Positions 9,725 through 15,800 of a DNA stretch of 29,873 bases are shown here, piece after piece. The position numbers and the translations under genes were made by a program. The stretch is from a virus (lineage: Duplodnaviria > Caudoviricetes). The stretch spans positions 1-29,873 of the IMG/VR virus record IMGVR_UViG_3300042294_000202. The stretch is one strand, 5' to 3'. The notes beneath the pieces were generated by a model. The model made no database searches. It worked only from the letters and a program-made list of their open reading frames with translations, and had not been told where the DNA came from. Positions within the stretch are counted from its first letter, which is position 1; every line of letters starts with the position of its first letter.

Positions 9725-10093
9725 TCAGCTTAAGTTTTCCAGCTTATACAGCGTGGAGGCGATCAGACCCACGATCTCGTCGTGGATGTTCTGCAAGTCG
9801 GGTTCGTCGGGTAACTGGTCGCGCATACTCTTGGCAAAGTCCAGCAAGCCGCCGACGTAAGCCTTGGCGTCCTTCTGTACCTTGAAGTCGTCGATGTAGG
9901 CGGTCATCGGGATAACGCCAAAGTGACCTTGATAACATTCCGCGTACTTGTCGGTTGCGTCCAGAATATCCTCGTAATACCCGCCGAGCGCCTTATGTTC
10001 CGCGTAGGACTTGGTGGACAAGTGCAAGAAATGGGTGATGGTGCTGCTATGAAGCAGCGCAGAAACGAAGATTCCGGCTTGATGGTGTTTCAT
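9725..10093 (-). CDS. Ferritin/Dps-like four-helix bundle protein (DUF5856-like)
   Basis: THFLHLSTKSYAEHKALGGYY...DKYAECYQG...LQNIHDEI...TLYKL, with His/Asp/Glu spacing like a Dps metal site. Confidence 0.7.
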   Translation of the reverse strand: MKHHQAGIFVSALLHSSTITHFLHLSTKSYAEHKALGGYYEDILDATDKYAECYQGHFGVIPMTAYIDDFKVQKDAKAYVGGLLDFAKSMRDQLPDEPDLQNIHDEIVGLIASTLYKLENLS

Positions 10094-10141
10094 GATTAAC
10101 CCATTTTGCGGTATGTGGGCGAGGGTACTACCTACGGTATT

Positions 10142-10462
10142 TTACCGCAACTGCTCGGGTTTTATGGCGCAAATGTACCGATCCATGAGTTCACGCACCG
10201 TTTCCTCGGGGTCACGCGCAACGTAAAACTCACCGCGTGGCTCAAACACCTGTCGGAACTTTTCTTGGCTTGGGCGTAGCTTTCCCTTTTCGACCTTGAT
10301 TTCGACCCAACACACCCACGGTGTTCCGTCTGGCAGATTCCGTACGACGAGACGATCTGGTACGCCGCCGTTTGAGGCGTAGTCGAGGACGGTGAACCCT
10401 GCTGCGGACAGCGCCCGGCCAATAAGGCCATCGTTCGCATCCCGTCTCGCTTTGTACCTCAC
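10142..10462 (-). CDS. PD-(D/E)XK nuclease, VRR-NUC / Holliday junction resolvase-like
   Basis: RRDAN...GVPDRLV...WVEIK...GKLRPSQEKF. Confidence 0.8.
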   Translation of the reverse strand: MRYKARRDANDGLIGRALSAAGFTVLDYASNGGVPDRLVVRNLPDGTPWVCWVEIKVEKGKLRPSQEKFRQVFEPRGEFYVARDPEETVRELMDRYICAIKPEQLR

Positions 10463-10509
10463 GCCTTGCCTCGTTGACGCATCGCCCTAGCCAAATAATC
10501 CACCACGTT

Positions 10510-10833
10510 CTATTCCCCCGCTTTAACTCGCGCACGAAGTCTCTCCACAGCCTTTTCACCCCAAAGCTGGCGTACCAGCCCAATCGTATCCCTATCCGAT
10601 AATACGGCAGCAGCGCCAGCCTCTCGGATCAGTTCAGCGACCCTATCACGGTTGACCTCAACGCCTCTGGCTAACTGTGCGTCGTAGAACTTTAAGCGGT
10701 TCAGCGGGGATTCTTGTACTGCCGAGTTCCACATAGCCTGATTGGAGTGGAACTGATGTTCTAGGTTGTGACTGGGCTTAGGCTTTTCCGGTTGAGCTTG
10801 TTTAGCCGGAAAGTAAGTGAATTCATCACCCAT
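10510..10833 (-). CDS. Hypothetical protein directly downstream of the structured element
   Basis: 107 aa, with a GAGAGG SD 6 nt before the ATG and a helical C-terminal half. No family recognised. Confidence 0.75.
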   Translation of the reverse strand: MGDEFTYFPAKQAQPEKPKPSHNLEHQFHSNQAMWNSAVQESPLNRLKFYDAQLARGVEVNRDRVAELIREAGAAAVLSDRDTIGLVRQLWGEKAVERLRARVKAGE

Positions 10834-10854
10834 ATATAACCTCTCTATGGTTTA

Positions 10855-11150
10855 GAACTGATGACTGATGGTGATTCCGCACGGTTGAGACGGATTACGC
10901 CTAACGTGGATCGTGCGGAATTGATGACTGACGGAGCCATCCGCTGTCGGCTACTTTTCACCGGATTGCTCCGGTTGCCATTTGCGCTTCCCGACGATAC
11001 GCCGCGCACCTAAAGGCTGGCTGCCCCGATTTAGGTTTAAGGTGGCTCTGTGCGTTGTTTCCCCGACCAGAGTACCCGAGTGGTTAGGCGTGGTGGGGTG
11101 GTTGACAGGACTAGAACAGTCCTTCAGACTTCCATCACGCTCAAATCGCA
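10855..11150 (-). ncRNA. Candidate structured RNA (or folded ssDNA origin) of about 300 nt
   Basis: Stems read by eye: ACCGGA-GCAA-TCCGGT (10975-10960), ATTCCGCACG/CGTGCGGAAT (10921-10874), ACCTAAA/TTTAGGT (11036-11008), TGCGC/GCGCA, CTCTG/CAGAG and AGGACT/AGTCCT. There is also a 9-nt long-range complement between 11091-11083 and 10905-10897. Confidence 0.55.
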
Positions 11151-11352
11151 AATTAAGCGTAAGGCAGCCCCCCTGCCGCGTCAAGCCCCCGCCAACCGGG
11201 GGTTTTTCGTTTCTGGCTTCTGTGACGGCATCACAGACGATCTTGATGACCGCTGCCCTTTCCCTTGCCTTACGCCGTGAAGCCCTTGCAGACGCACGGC
11301 GTTCGCTTATACGCGACCAATAATAAGCACGGTGGTAAGCGGTACGGCTCAT
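10951..11352 (-). CDS. Arg-rich hypothetical protein whose C-terminal half overlaps the structured element
   Basis: ATG at 11352 overlaps the methylase stop (ATGA). MSRTAYHRAYYWSRISERRASARASRRKARER... looks protein-like, whereas the part after KPPVGGG does not. Confidence 0.5.
   Translation of the reverse strand: MSRTAYHRAYYWSRISERRASARASRRKARERAAVIKIVCDAVTEARNEKPPVGGGLTRQGGCLTLNLRFERDGSLKDCSSPVNHPTTPNHSGTLVGETTHRATLNLNRGSQPLGARRIVGKRKWQPEQSGEK
11102..11130 (+). promoter_or_regulatory. Sigma70-like antisense promoter with a palindrome in the spacer
   Basis: TTGACA (11102-11107), 17 nt, CAGACT (11125-11130). AGGACT-N5-AGTCCT dyad at 11107-11123. Confidence 0.6.
11137..11208 (+). ncRNA. Candidate antisense sRNA of about 72 nt with three stem-loops (OOP/RNA I-like)
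   Basis: Lies between the promoter and an intrinsic terminator. Stems: ACGCT/AGCGT (11137-11160), GGCAG-CCCCC-CTGCC (11163-11177) and the terminator hairpin. Confidence 0.6.
11183..11212 (+). terminator. Rho-independent terminator
   Basis: AAGCCCCCG-CCAAC-CGGGGG followed by TTTTTCGTTT, oriented opposite to all surrounding genes. Confidence 0.8.
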
Positions 11353-12527
11353 AACGCCTCTACCGCAGCAATACGCTCCCCGATCCAACGCATCACCGGC
11401 ACAGCCATGCTGTTGCCCATTGCTTTGTAACGTGGGCCGTCAGGTGACTCTGTTTTGTTGCGCCAAGGAATGTTGGTGTAACCGTCTGGGAAGCCTTGTA
11501 GGCGTTCGCATTCAATTGGCGTCAAACGGCGCACTTGCATAGCTGCTACTCCATGCCGATCCGTTTTGGTTAGACATGGCGCAACATCGCGCATTGGCTC
11601 CACAGCATTGCCACCGTTCTCTGGCTGTCTGCCGATCCAATTACCGGGTATGCCGTAAGTAGGTTGAACAATTGTGGCGTGAGAAGCATTGTCTCGCGCA
11701 AGGGTGTGGCATGGATCGCCCGGCTCCCGTGATTGACGGTTCACAGGGGCGGTAATTTGGAAAAAGTCATATGGGACAGGCTCTACTGCAAACGTATCGC
11801 TTTCAACGTCATTACGGCGACCAATGCCTGCGGTAAGCGTGTTAGCCACAAATGTCTCGCTGCCCCCGCCTAAAACACCTCCGCTTGCCTTTAGCGTTCC
11901 TCCGACGTTTTCTGCGCGATATTGTGCAAGGCTGCTTTCAAAGAAGGTGGAAGAGTTTTGCCCCTTTTCTCGGCTCGGCGCAGGATGCCCTTGCAGGCTG
12001 TGGCGCTCAAATAGAACCGCTGCGGCACGTTGCCAGTTTCCAAGGTGTCCGACAACGAACACACGACGGCGGCGCTGGGCCACTCCGAAGTATTGAGCGT
12101 CAAGAACCCGGTAGGCGAACCCATACCCGAGTTCTGCCAACATTCCGAGGAAGGTTCCAAAATCCCGTCCTCCGTTAGACGACAAGACACCGGGGACGTT
12201 CTCCCATACCAGCCACTCGGGGCGATAGCGTTTAGCAATTGCGCCGTAGGTAAGCATGAGGTTGCCACGCGGGTCTGCCAGTCCTTTTCGCAGTCCTGCG
12301 ACGCTGAAGGATTGGCAAGGGGTTCCTCCCACAAGAAGGTTGATTGGTTCATCAGGCCATGCCTCGTATTGGGTCATGTCCCCATAGTTAGGGACGGTGG
12401 GGTAATGGTGTTTGAGTACGGCAGACGGGAAAGGCTCTATTTCGCTATACCAGGCGGCTTGCCATCCCAACGGATGCCACGCCACAGTAGCCGCCTCTAC
12501 GCCGCTGCAAACGCTTCCGTAACGCAC
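11349..12527 (-). CDS. DNA (cytosine-5) methyltransferase, orphan
   Basis: Motif I SVCSGVEA, IV GGTPCQSFS, VI ENVPG, VIII AQRRRRVF, IX RRLTPIECERLQGFP, X RYKAMGNS. GTG start overlaps the cro stop. Confidence 0.95.
   Translation of the reverse strand: MRYGSVCSGVEAATVAWHPLGWQAAWYSEIEPFPSAVLKHHYPTVPNYGDMTQYEAWPDEPINLLVGGTPCQSFSVAGLRKGLADPRGNLMLTYGAIAKRYRPEWLVWENVPGVLSSNGGRDFGTFLGMLAELGYGFAYRVLDAQYFGVAQRRRRVFVVGHLGNWQRAAAVLFERHSLQGHPAPSREKGQNSSTFFESSLAQYRAENVGGTLKASGGVLGGGSETFVANTLTAGIGRRNDVESDTFAVEPVPYDFFQITAPVNRQSREPGDPCHTLARDNASHATIVQPTYGIPGNWIGRQPENGGNAVEPMRDVAPCLTKTDRHGVAAMQVRRLTPIECERLQGFPDGYTNIPWRNKTESPDGPRYKAMGNSMAVPVMRWIGERIAAVEAL
11891..12352 (-). CDS. Overprinted alternative-frame ORF inside the methyltransferase (M.EcoHK31I beta-polypeptide-like)
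   Basis: 153 aa, ATG start with GAGG about 10 nt upstream. Its C-terminus is SLSDTLETGNVPQRFYLSATACKGILRRAEKRGKTLPPSLKAAL. Confidence 0.65.
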   Translation of the reverse strand: MNQSTFLWEEPLANPSASQDCEKDWQTRVATSCLPTAQLLNAIAPSGWYGRTSPVSCRLTEDGILEPSSECWQNSGMGSPTGFLTLNTSEWPSAAVVCSLSDTLETGNVPQRFYLSATACKGILRRAEKRGKTLPPSLKAALHNIAQKTSEER

Positions 12528-12688
12528 TAACGGGGACGGGCGACTTTGCCCGCCTCATACTGCCAACGTCTCGCGTCAGGAACTTTGCCTGCCTTGACCC
12601 ATTGCTGCACCGCTGCTCGCGTAACCCCGAAAGCCTTGGCAACAGCATATTGGGAGCCGTATTGCTTGATCAGTTGTTGCGGTTTCAT
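12527..12688 (-). CDS. Cro/YdaS-like HTH regulator, 53 aa
   Basis: MKPQQLIKQYGSQYAVAKAFGVTRAAVQQWVKAGKVP has a classic Cro HTH. It is the first gene after the leftward promoter. The start is ATG at 12688, because the longer track start lies within the promoter. Confidence 0.85.
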   Translation of the reverse strand: MKPQQLIKQYGSQYAVAKAFGVTRAAVQQWVKAGKVPDARRWQYEAGKVARPR

Positions 12689-12696
12689 GGGAGGGG

Positions 12697-12737
12697 AGGA
12701 TAGGGGGGTTGACATGGCTTGTCAAGGTAACTATCCT
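12697..12737. promoter_or_regulatory. Overlapping divergent sigma70 promoters forming one dyad
   Basis: Plus strand: TTGACA 12709-12714, 17 nt, TATCCT 12732-12737. Minus strand: TTGACA 12725-12720, 17 nt, TATCCT 12702-12697. Located exactly at the strand switch. Confidence 0.85.
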
Positions 12738-12778
12738 ATGCCTCGTTGATTAACAAACCACAGACAGGAGCAATAGAT

Positions 12779-13057
12779 ATGCCACGCAAAGACACATTCC
12801 ACGGTTTCGGTACGTTCTACGCCCTCGGCAACAAGTTTGAGGTGCGCGTGGAGTACACGCAGGATTTAGATGGCGGCATCATCCTTGAGGCTGCCGACCT
12901 GATCGGCATCTTCCTTGACAACGACAAGGCCGCGTCATCGCTGAACCACGACATCAAGCTAAACATTTGCGACCTCGGTGCAGATGCCATCTTTGAGCTT
13001 GAGGAGATTGCCACCAACGACGCGCTGATGAACGGCCCTTATGGGGAGGATTATTAA
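12779..13057 (+). CDS. Acidic hypothetical early protein
   Basis: CAGGAG SD before ATG at 12779. 92 aa and Asp/Glu-rich. Confidence 0.8.
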   Translation: MPRKDTFHGFGTFYALGNKFEVRVEYTQDLDGGIILEAADLIGIFLDNDKAASSLNHDIKLNICDLGADAIFELEEIATNDALMNGPYGEDY

Positions 13058-13179
13058 TGAGCCGCTGGTTACCTCAAGCCATCTTGCTTGTAGTGCTATA
13101 CGCCACAGCAGCCATTCTTGACCCGTGCGGCGACGGTGGCTGCACCCCGGCAGAAGAGCGAGCCAGCCATGCACGATGA
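13057..13179 (+). CDS. Small membrane peptide, 40 aa (not in the ORF track)
   Basis: MSRWLPQAILLVVLYATAAILDPCGDGGCTPAEERASHAR. GGAGGA SD and a TAATG overlap. Confidence 0.7.
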   Translation: MSRWLPQAILLVVLYATAAILDPCGDGGCTPAEERASHAR

Positions 13180-13297
13180 CGATATGACTTGGTGGCATCA
13201 CCAAGACCAATTGATGCAAGAACTGGAAGAACAAGAACGCATAGAAGCCTGTAACAAGGCACTAGCAGAACTGAAGGAGCAAGAAGATGCAGAGTGA
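13169..13297 (+). CDS. Small acidic helical protein, 42 aa (not in the ORF track)
   Basis: MHDDDMTWWHHQDQLMQELEEQERIEACNKALAELKEQEDAE. It fills the gap up to erf with short overlaps. Confidence 0.65.
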   Translation: MHDDDMTWWHHQDQLMQELEEQERIEACNKALAELKEQEDAE

Positions 13298-13934
13298 AAC
13301 CATAGGCGCATTGGCCGCCGCGTTAAGCAAAGCCCAAGCCGACATTACGGGTGCGCTAAAAGACAGCAGCAACCCGTTCTTTAAGTCCAAGTACGCTGAC
13401 CTCGCGTCATGCTGGGACGCCTGCCGTAAGCAGTTAGCCGCTAACGGTTTGTCGGTGATCCAGACCACGCAGATGACCGAGCAAGGTTTGATGCTGGTAA
13501 CGACGTTGGCTCACGCCTCGGGCGAGTGGATCGCAGGACAGATGCCGGTGCTGACCAAGGACGCCAGCCCGCAGGGGCAAGGCTCTGGCATCACTTATGC
13601 CCGCCGTTACGCATTAGCGGCCATTGTGGGGCTTGCACAGGTGGACGATGACGCAGAGGCGGCTCAAGGCCGCAAGGGCTTCACGAACGATCCTAGGGGC
13701 GATATGGGTAAAGATATTGACCCCGCCGAACGAGACTTGTTTGTAAAAAAGTTTCGCGCTGCGTTTGACCTAGACGCCGAGGAGAAGGACATCGCGCTGG
13801 CGGTGTTGGGCGTCCATGACCAAATCAACAGCGACCATGAGCTTTACATCGCCGTAGCCGACGCTATGACAACCAAGGAACGGTCAGCAATCAAGAAATA
13901 CATTCAAATAGCAAAGGAGCAGAACCGTGCCTGA
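13287..13934 (+). CDS. erf: ERF-family ssDNA annealing protein
   Basis: NPFFKSKYADL...QGQGSGITYARRYALAAIVGLAQVDDD is the ERF signature. AAGGAG SD. Confidence 0.92.
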   Translation: MQSETIGALAAALSKAQADITGALKDSSNPFFKSKYADLASCWDACRKQLAANGLSVIQTTQMTEQGLMLVTTLAHASGEWIAGQMPVLTKDASPQGQGSGITYARRYALAAIVGLAQVDDDAEAAQGRKGFTNDPRGDMGKDIDPAERDLFVKKFRAAFDLDAEEKDIALAVLGVHDQINSDHELYIAVADAMTTKERSAIKKYIQIAKEQNRA

Positions 13935-14211
13935 TTACGATCCGAACATGAAAGGCGTTTTATTCCGTAATGACAAATCTGGGAATGAAAAGCGACCTGA
14001 CTACCGTGGCTCGGCGGTCATCAATAACGTGGATTACAACCTGTCGGCTTGGATCAAGTCGAGCCAAAAGACGGGCGATAAGTACATGAGCATTAAGATT
14101 GAGCCGAAGGGCGAGGGCAAGCTGGCTCGTACTGGCGAACCACAACGCCAGCCGACGAAGAAGCCGCAGATTACCGAGAAGAATTGGGATGACCTTGATA
14201 CCCCCTTCTGA
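13927..14211 (+). CDS. Putative single-stranded DNA-binding protein (DUF736-like)
   Basis: GVLFRNDK...RPDYRG...LSAW...KYMSI core with an acidic WDDLDTPF tail. Follows erf. Confidence 0.75.
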   Translation: MPDYDPNMKGVLFRNDKSGNEKRPDYRGSAVINNVDYNLSAWIKSSQKTGDKYMSIKIEPKGEGKLARTGEPQRQPTKKPQITEKNWDDLDTPF

Positions 14212-14881
14212 GTTGCGAGTGTTCATCGGCTGGGATAGCCGCGAGGACATCGCTTATCAGGTGTGCCGTAGGTCAATCCTGCGGCATACCTCAATCCCGG
14301 TAGACATCAAGCCTATTGTGCAGTCAGAACTTCGGAGTCGTGGCTTGTATACGCGAGAGGCTGATCCGCTGTCGTCTACGGAGTTTTCCTTTACCCGGTT
14401 CCTGACGCCGTATCTCGCCGGATACACCGGCTGGGCGGTATTTGTGGATTGCGATTTTCTTTTCCGGGGGGACATTGCGGGACTGATGGATTACGCCGAC
14501 GGGGCAAAAGCCTGCTTTCTTGTAAAGCACGACTACCGGCCTACTGAAACCGTCAAGATGGACAACCGCGCGCAACATCTGTATCCCAAAAAAAATTGGT
14601 CTAGCTTCATGTTTATCAACTGCGGCCACGAACAAGTCAAGAGCCTAACGCCCGAGGTGGTCAACACGCAGACGGGTATGTATCTGCACCGATTTCAATG
14701 GCTTACAGACGATGCTATTGGGGAATTACCGATAGCGTGGAACTACCTTGAAGGGTGGCATACGAAGGATGACTGCCCGAACCCCATAGCGGTGCATTTC
14801 ACCCGTGGCGGCCCGTGGTTTGCCGATTGGACAGATGTGGAGTACGGCAAGGAGTGGATGCGTGAAGCGCATATTTCCTAA
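14189..14881 (+). CDS. GT-A fold glycosyltransferase (GT8-like / plant CDI-like)
   Basis: VFIGWDSRE, STEFSFTRFLTP, DxD motif FVDCDFL, KNWSS, WNYL, HFTRGGPWF. The start is uncertain (14189-14213). Confidence 0.85.
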   Translation: MTLIPPSELRVFIGWDSREDIAYQVCRRSILRHTSIPVDIKPIVQSELRSRGLYTREADPLSSTEFSFTRFLTPYLAGYTGWAVFVDCDFLFRGDIAGLMDYADGAKACFLVKHDYRPTETVKMDNRAQHLYPKKNWSSFMFINCGHEQVKSLTPEVVNTQTGMYLHRFQWLTDDAIGELPIAWNYLEGWHTKDDCPNPIAVHFTRGGPWFADWTDVEYGKEWMREAHIS

Positions 14882-15278
14882 CGGCACGACGCCAGAGCAA
14901 ATAGCGGTTGCCGTAACGCGCATGACGCAAGGGTTAGACCCTCGCCGCGTGTGGTCGGTTGAAGTAACCGAGTGGAAGAAGCCTAAAACCAATCAGCAGT
15001 CGCGGTATCTCTTTGGGGTGGTCTATCCCATGATCATGGAGGCGGCGGGCGAGAGCTTAAGAGGTTTCACGCGAGAGGATATTCACGAATGGCTGTTAGG
15101 CGAAATTTGGGGGTGGGAGACACTAGAGGGGTTTGGCAGAAAGCGTTTGCGGCCACTTAAACGTACATCGCGCATGACCAAAGAAGAATTCACAGAATAT
15201 CTGTACGGTATAGAAAACAAGTGCATTGAGCTGGGCATTGGCCCACTACCGGAGCCTCTGCATGAACCTACGGAATGA
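14862..15278 (+). CDS. NinB/YbcN-like recombination accessory protein
   Basis: AAGGAG then GTG at 14862. KPKTNQQSRYL...EDIHEWL...RTSRMTKEEFTEYL pattern. Confidence 0.65.
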   Translation: MKRIFPNGTTPEQIAVAVTRMTQGLDPRRVWSVEVTEWKKPKTNQQSRYLFGVVYPMIMEAAGESLRGFTREDIHEWLLGEIWGWETLEGFGRKRLRPLKRTSRMTKEEFTEYLYGIENKCIELGIGPLPEPLHEPTE

Positions 15279-15546
15279 AGCAAAAGGGCGTGGATGCATG
15301 GTGCGATTACCTGACATCTGCAATCACAACAGCGAAACAACTGTGTTGGCGCATATACGCCTATCAGGAGTTAGCGGCATGGGGCTGAAGGCAGACGATC
15401 TGCTGGGTGCGTGGGCGTGTAGCGCTTGCCACGACGCGATAGACCGCCGTTTCCGCACCGACCTTGACCGCGATTATGTGCGCCTTGCTCACCTTGAGGG
15501 CATGGTGCGAACCATTTCACAACTACGCAAAGAGGGATTGATATGA
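15262..15546 (+). CDS. DUF1364/YbcO-like zinc-binding HNH-type nuclease
   Basis: LRNEAKGRGCMVRLPDICNHNSETTVLAH...GMGLKADD..GAWACSACHDAID. Confidence 0.85.
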   Translation: MNLRNEAKGRGCMVRLPDICNHNSETTVLAHIRLSGVSGMGLKADDLLGAWACSACHDAIDRRFRTDLDRDYVRLAHLEGMVRTISQLRKEGLI

Positions 15547-15800
15547 CAGTTGAAGAATTGAATAAAATTTTGAATACCGCATATGAAGCTAAATTTGTAT
15601 TAGCGGGAGACGCATCGCATTGGGCTTGCACCGATTACGAAATAATTAAATTCGCCGCAATGATTGCCGCAGCCGAGCGGGAAGCGTGTGCGAAATTGTG
15701 CGATGAAATAGCAGAGCGCAATAAAAGAACAGATGCTCACACGGGATGGGTTTTAGGCAATGCGGAGTGCGCCGAAGCTATCCGTGCGAGGGGTGCATGA
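15543..15800 (+). CDS. Hypothetical protein (AAEREACA-type phage early protein)
   Basis: 85 aa with ATGA overlaps, containing FAAMIAAAEREACAKLCD...CAEAIRARG. Confidence 0.75.
   Translation: MTVEELNKILNTAYEAKFVLAGDASHWACTDYEIIKFAAMIAAAEREACAKLCDEIAERNKRTDAHTGWVLGNAECAEAIRARGA

Noticed and set aside
10094-10150. Short inverted repeats (TTGCGGTA/TACCGCAA) upstream of the Dps-like gene as a late promoter or terminator
   Set aside because: No U-tract and only weak promoter boxes, so too little support to call.
10242-10583. 113-aa alternative-frame ORF across the nuclease gene
   Set aside because: It overlaps two better-supported genes, is low-complexity and Arg-rich, and has no recognisable motif.
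10982-11323. Plus-strand ORFs over the structured element
   Set aside because: They would cross a strong plus-strand terminator and have no SD. The sRNA unit explains the region better.
12689-12778. Longer track starts for cro (12715) and the first rightward gene (12746)
   Set aside because: The 12715 start lies within the promoter, and 12746 is a TTG next to the predicted start site. ATG 12688 and the SD-supported ATG 12779 fit better.
11349-14881. A 5mC to hydroxymethyl-C to glycosyl-C hypermodification pathway (MTase plus glycosyltransferase)
   Set aside because: No TET/JBP-like dioxygenase or hydroxymethylase is recognisable, and the two genes are in opposite operons. Kept only as an open question.
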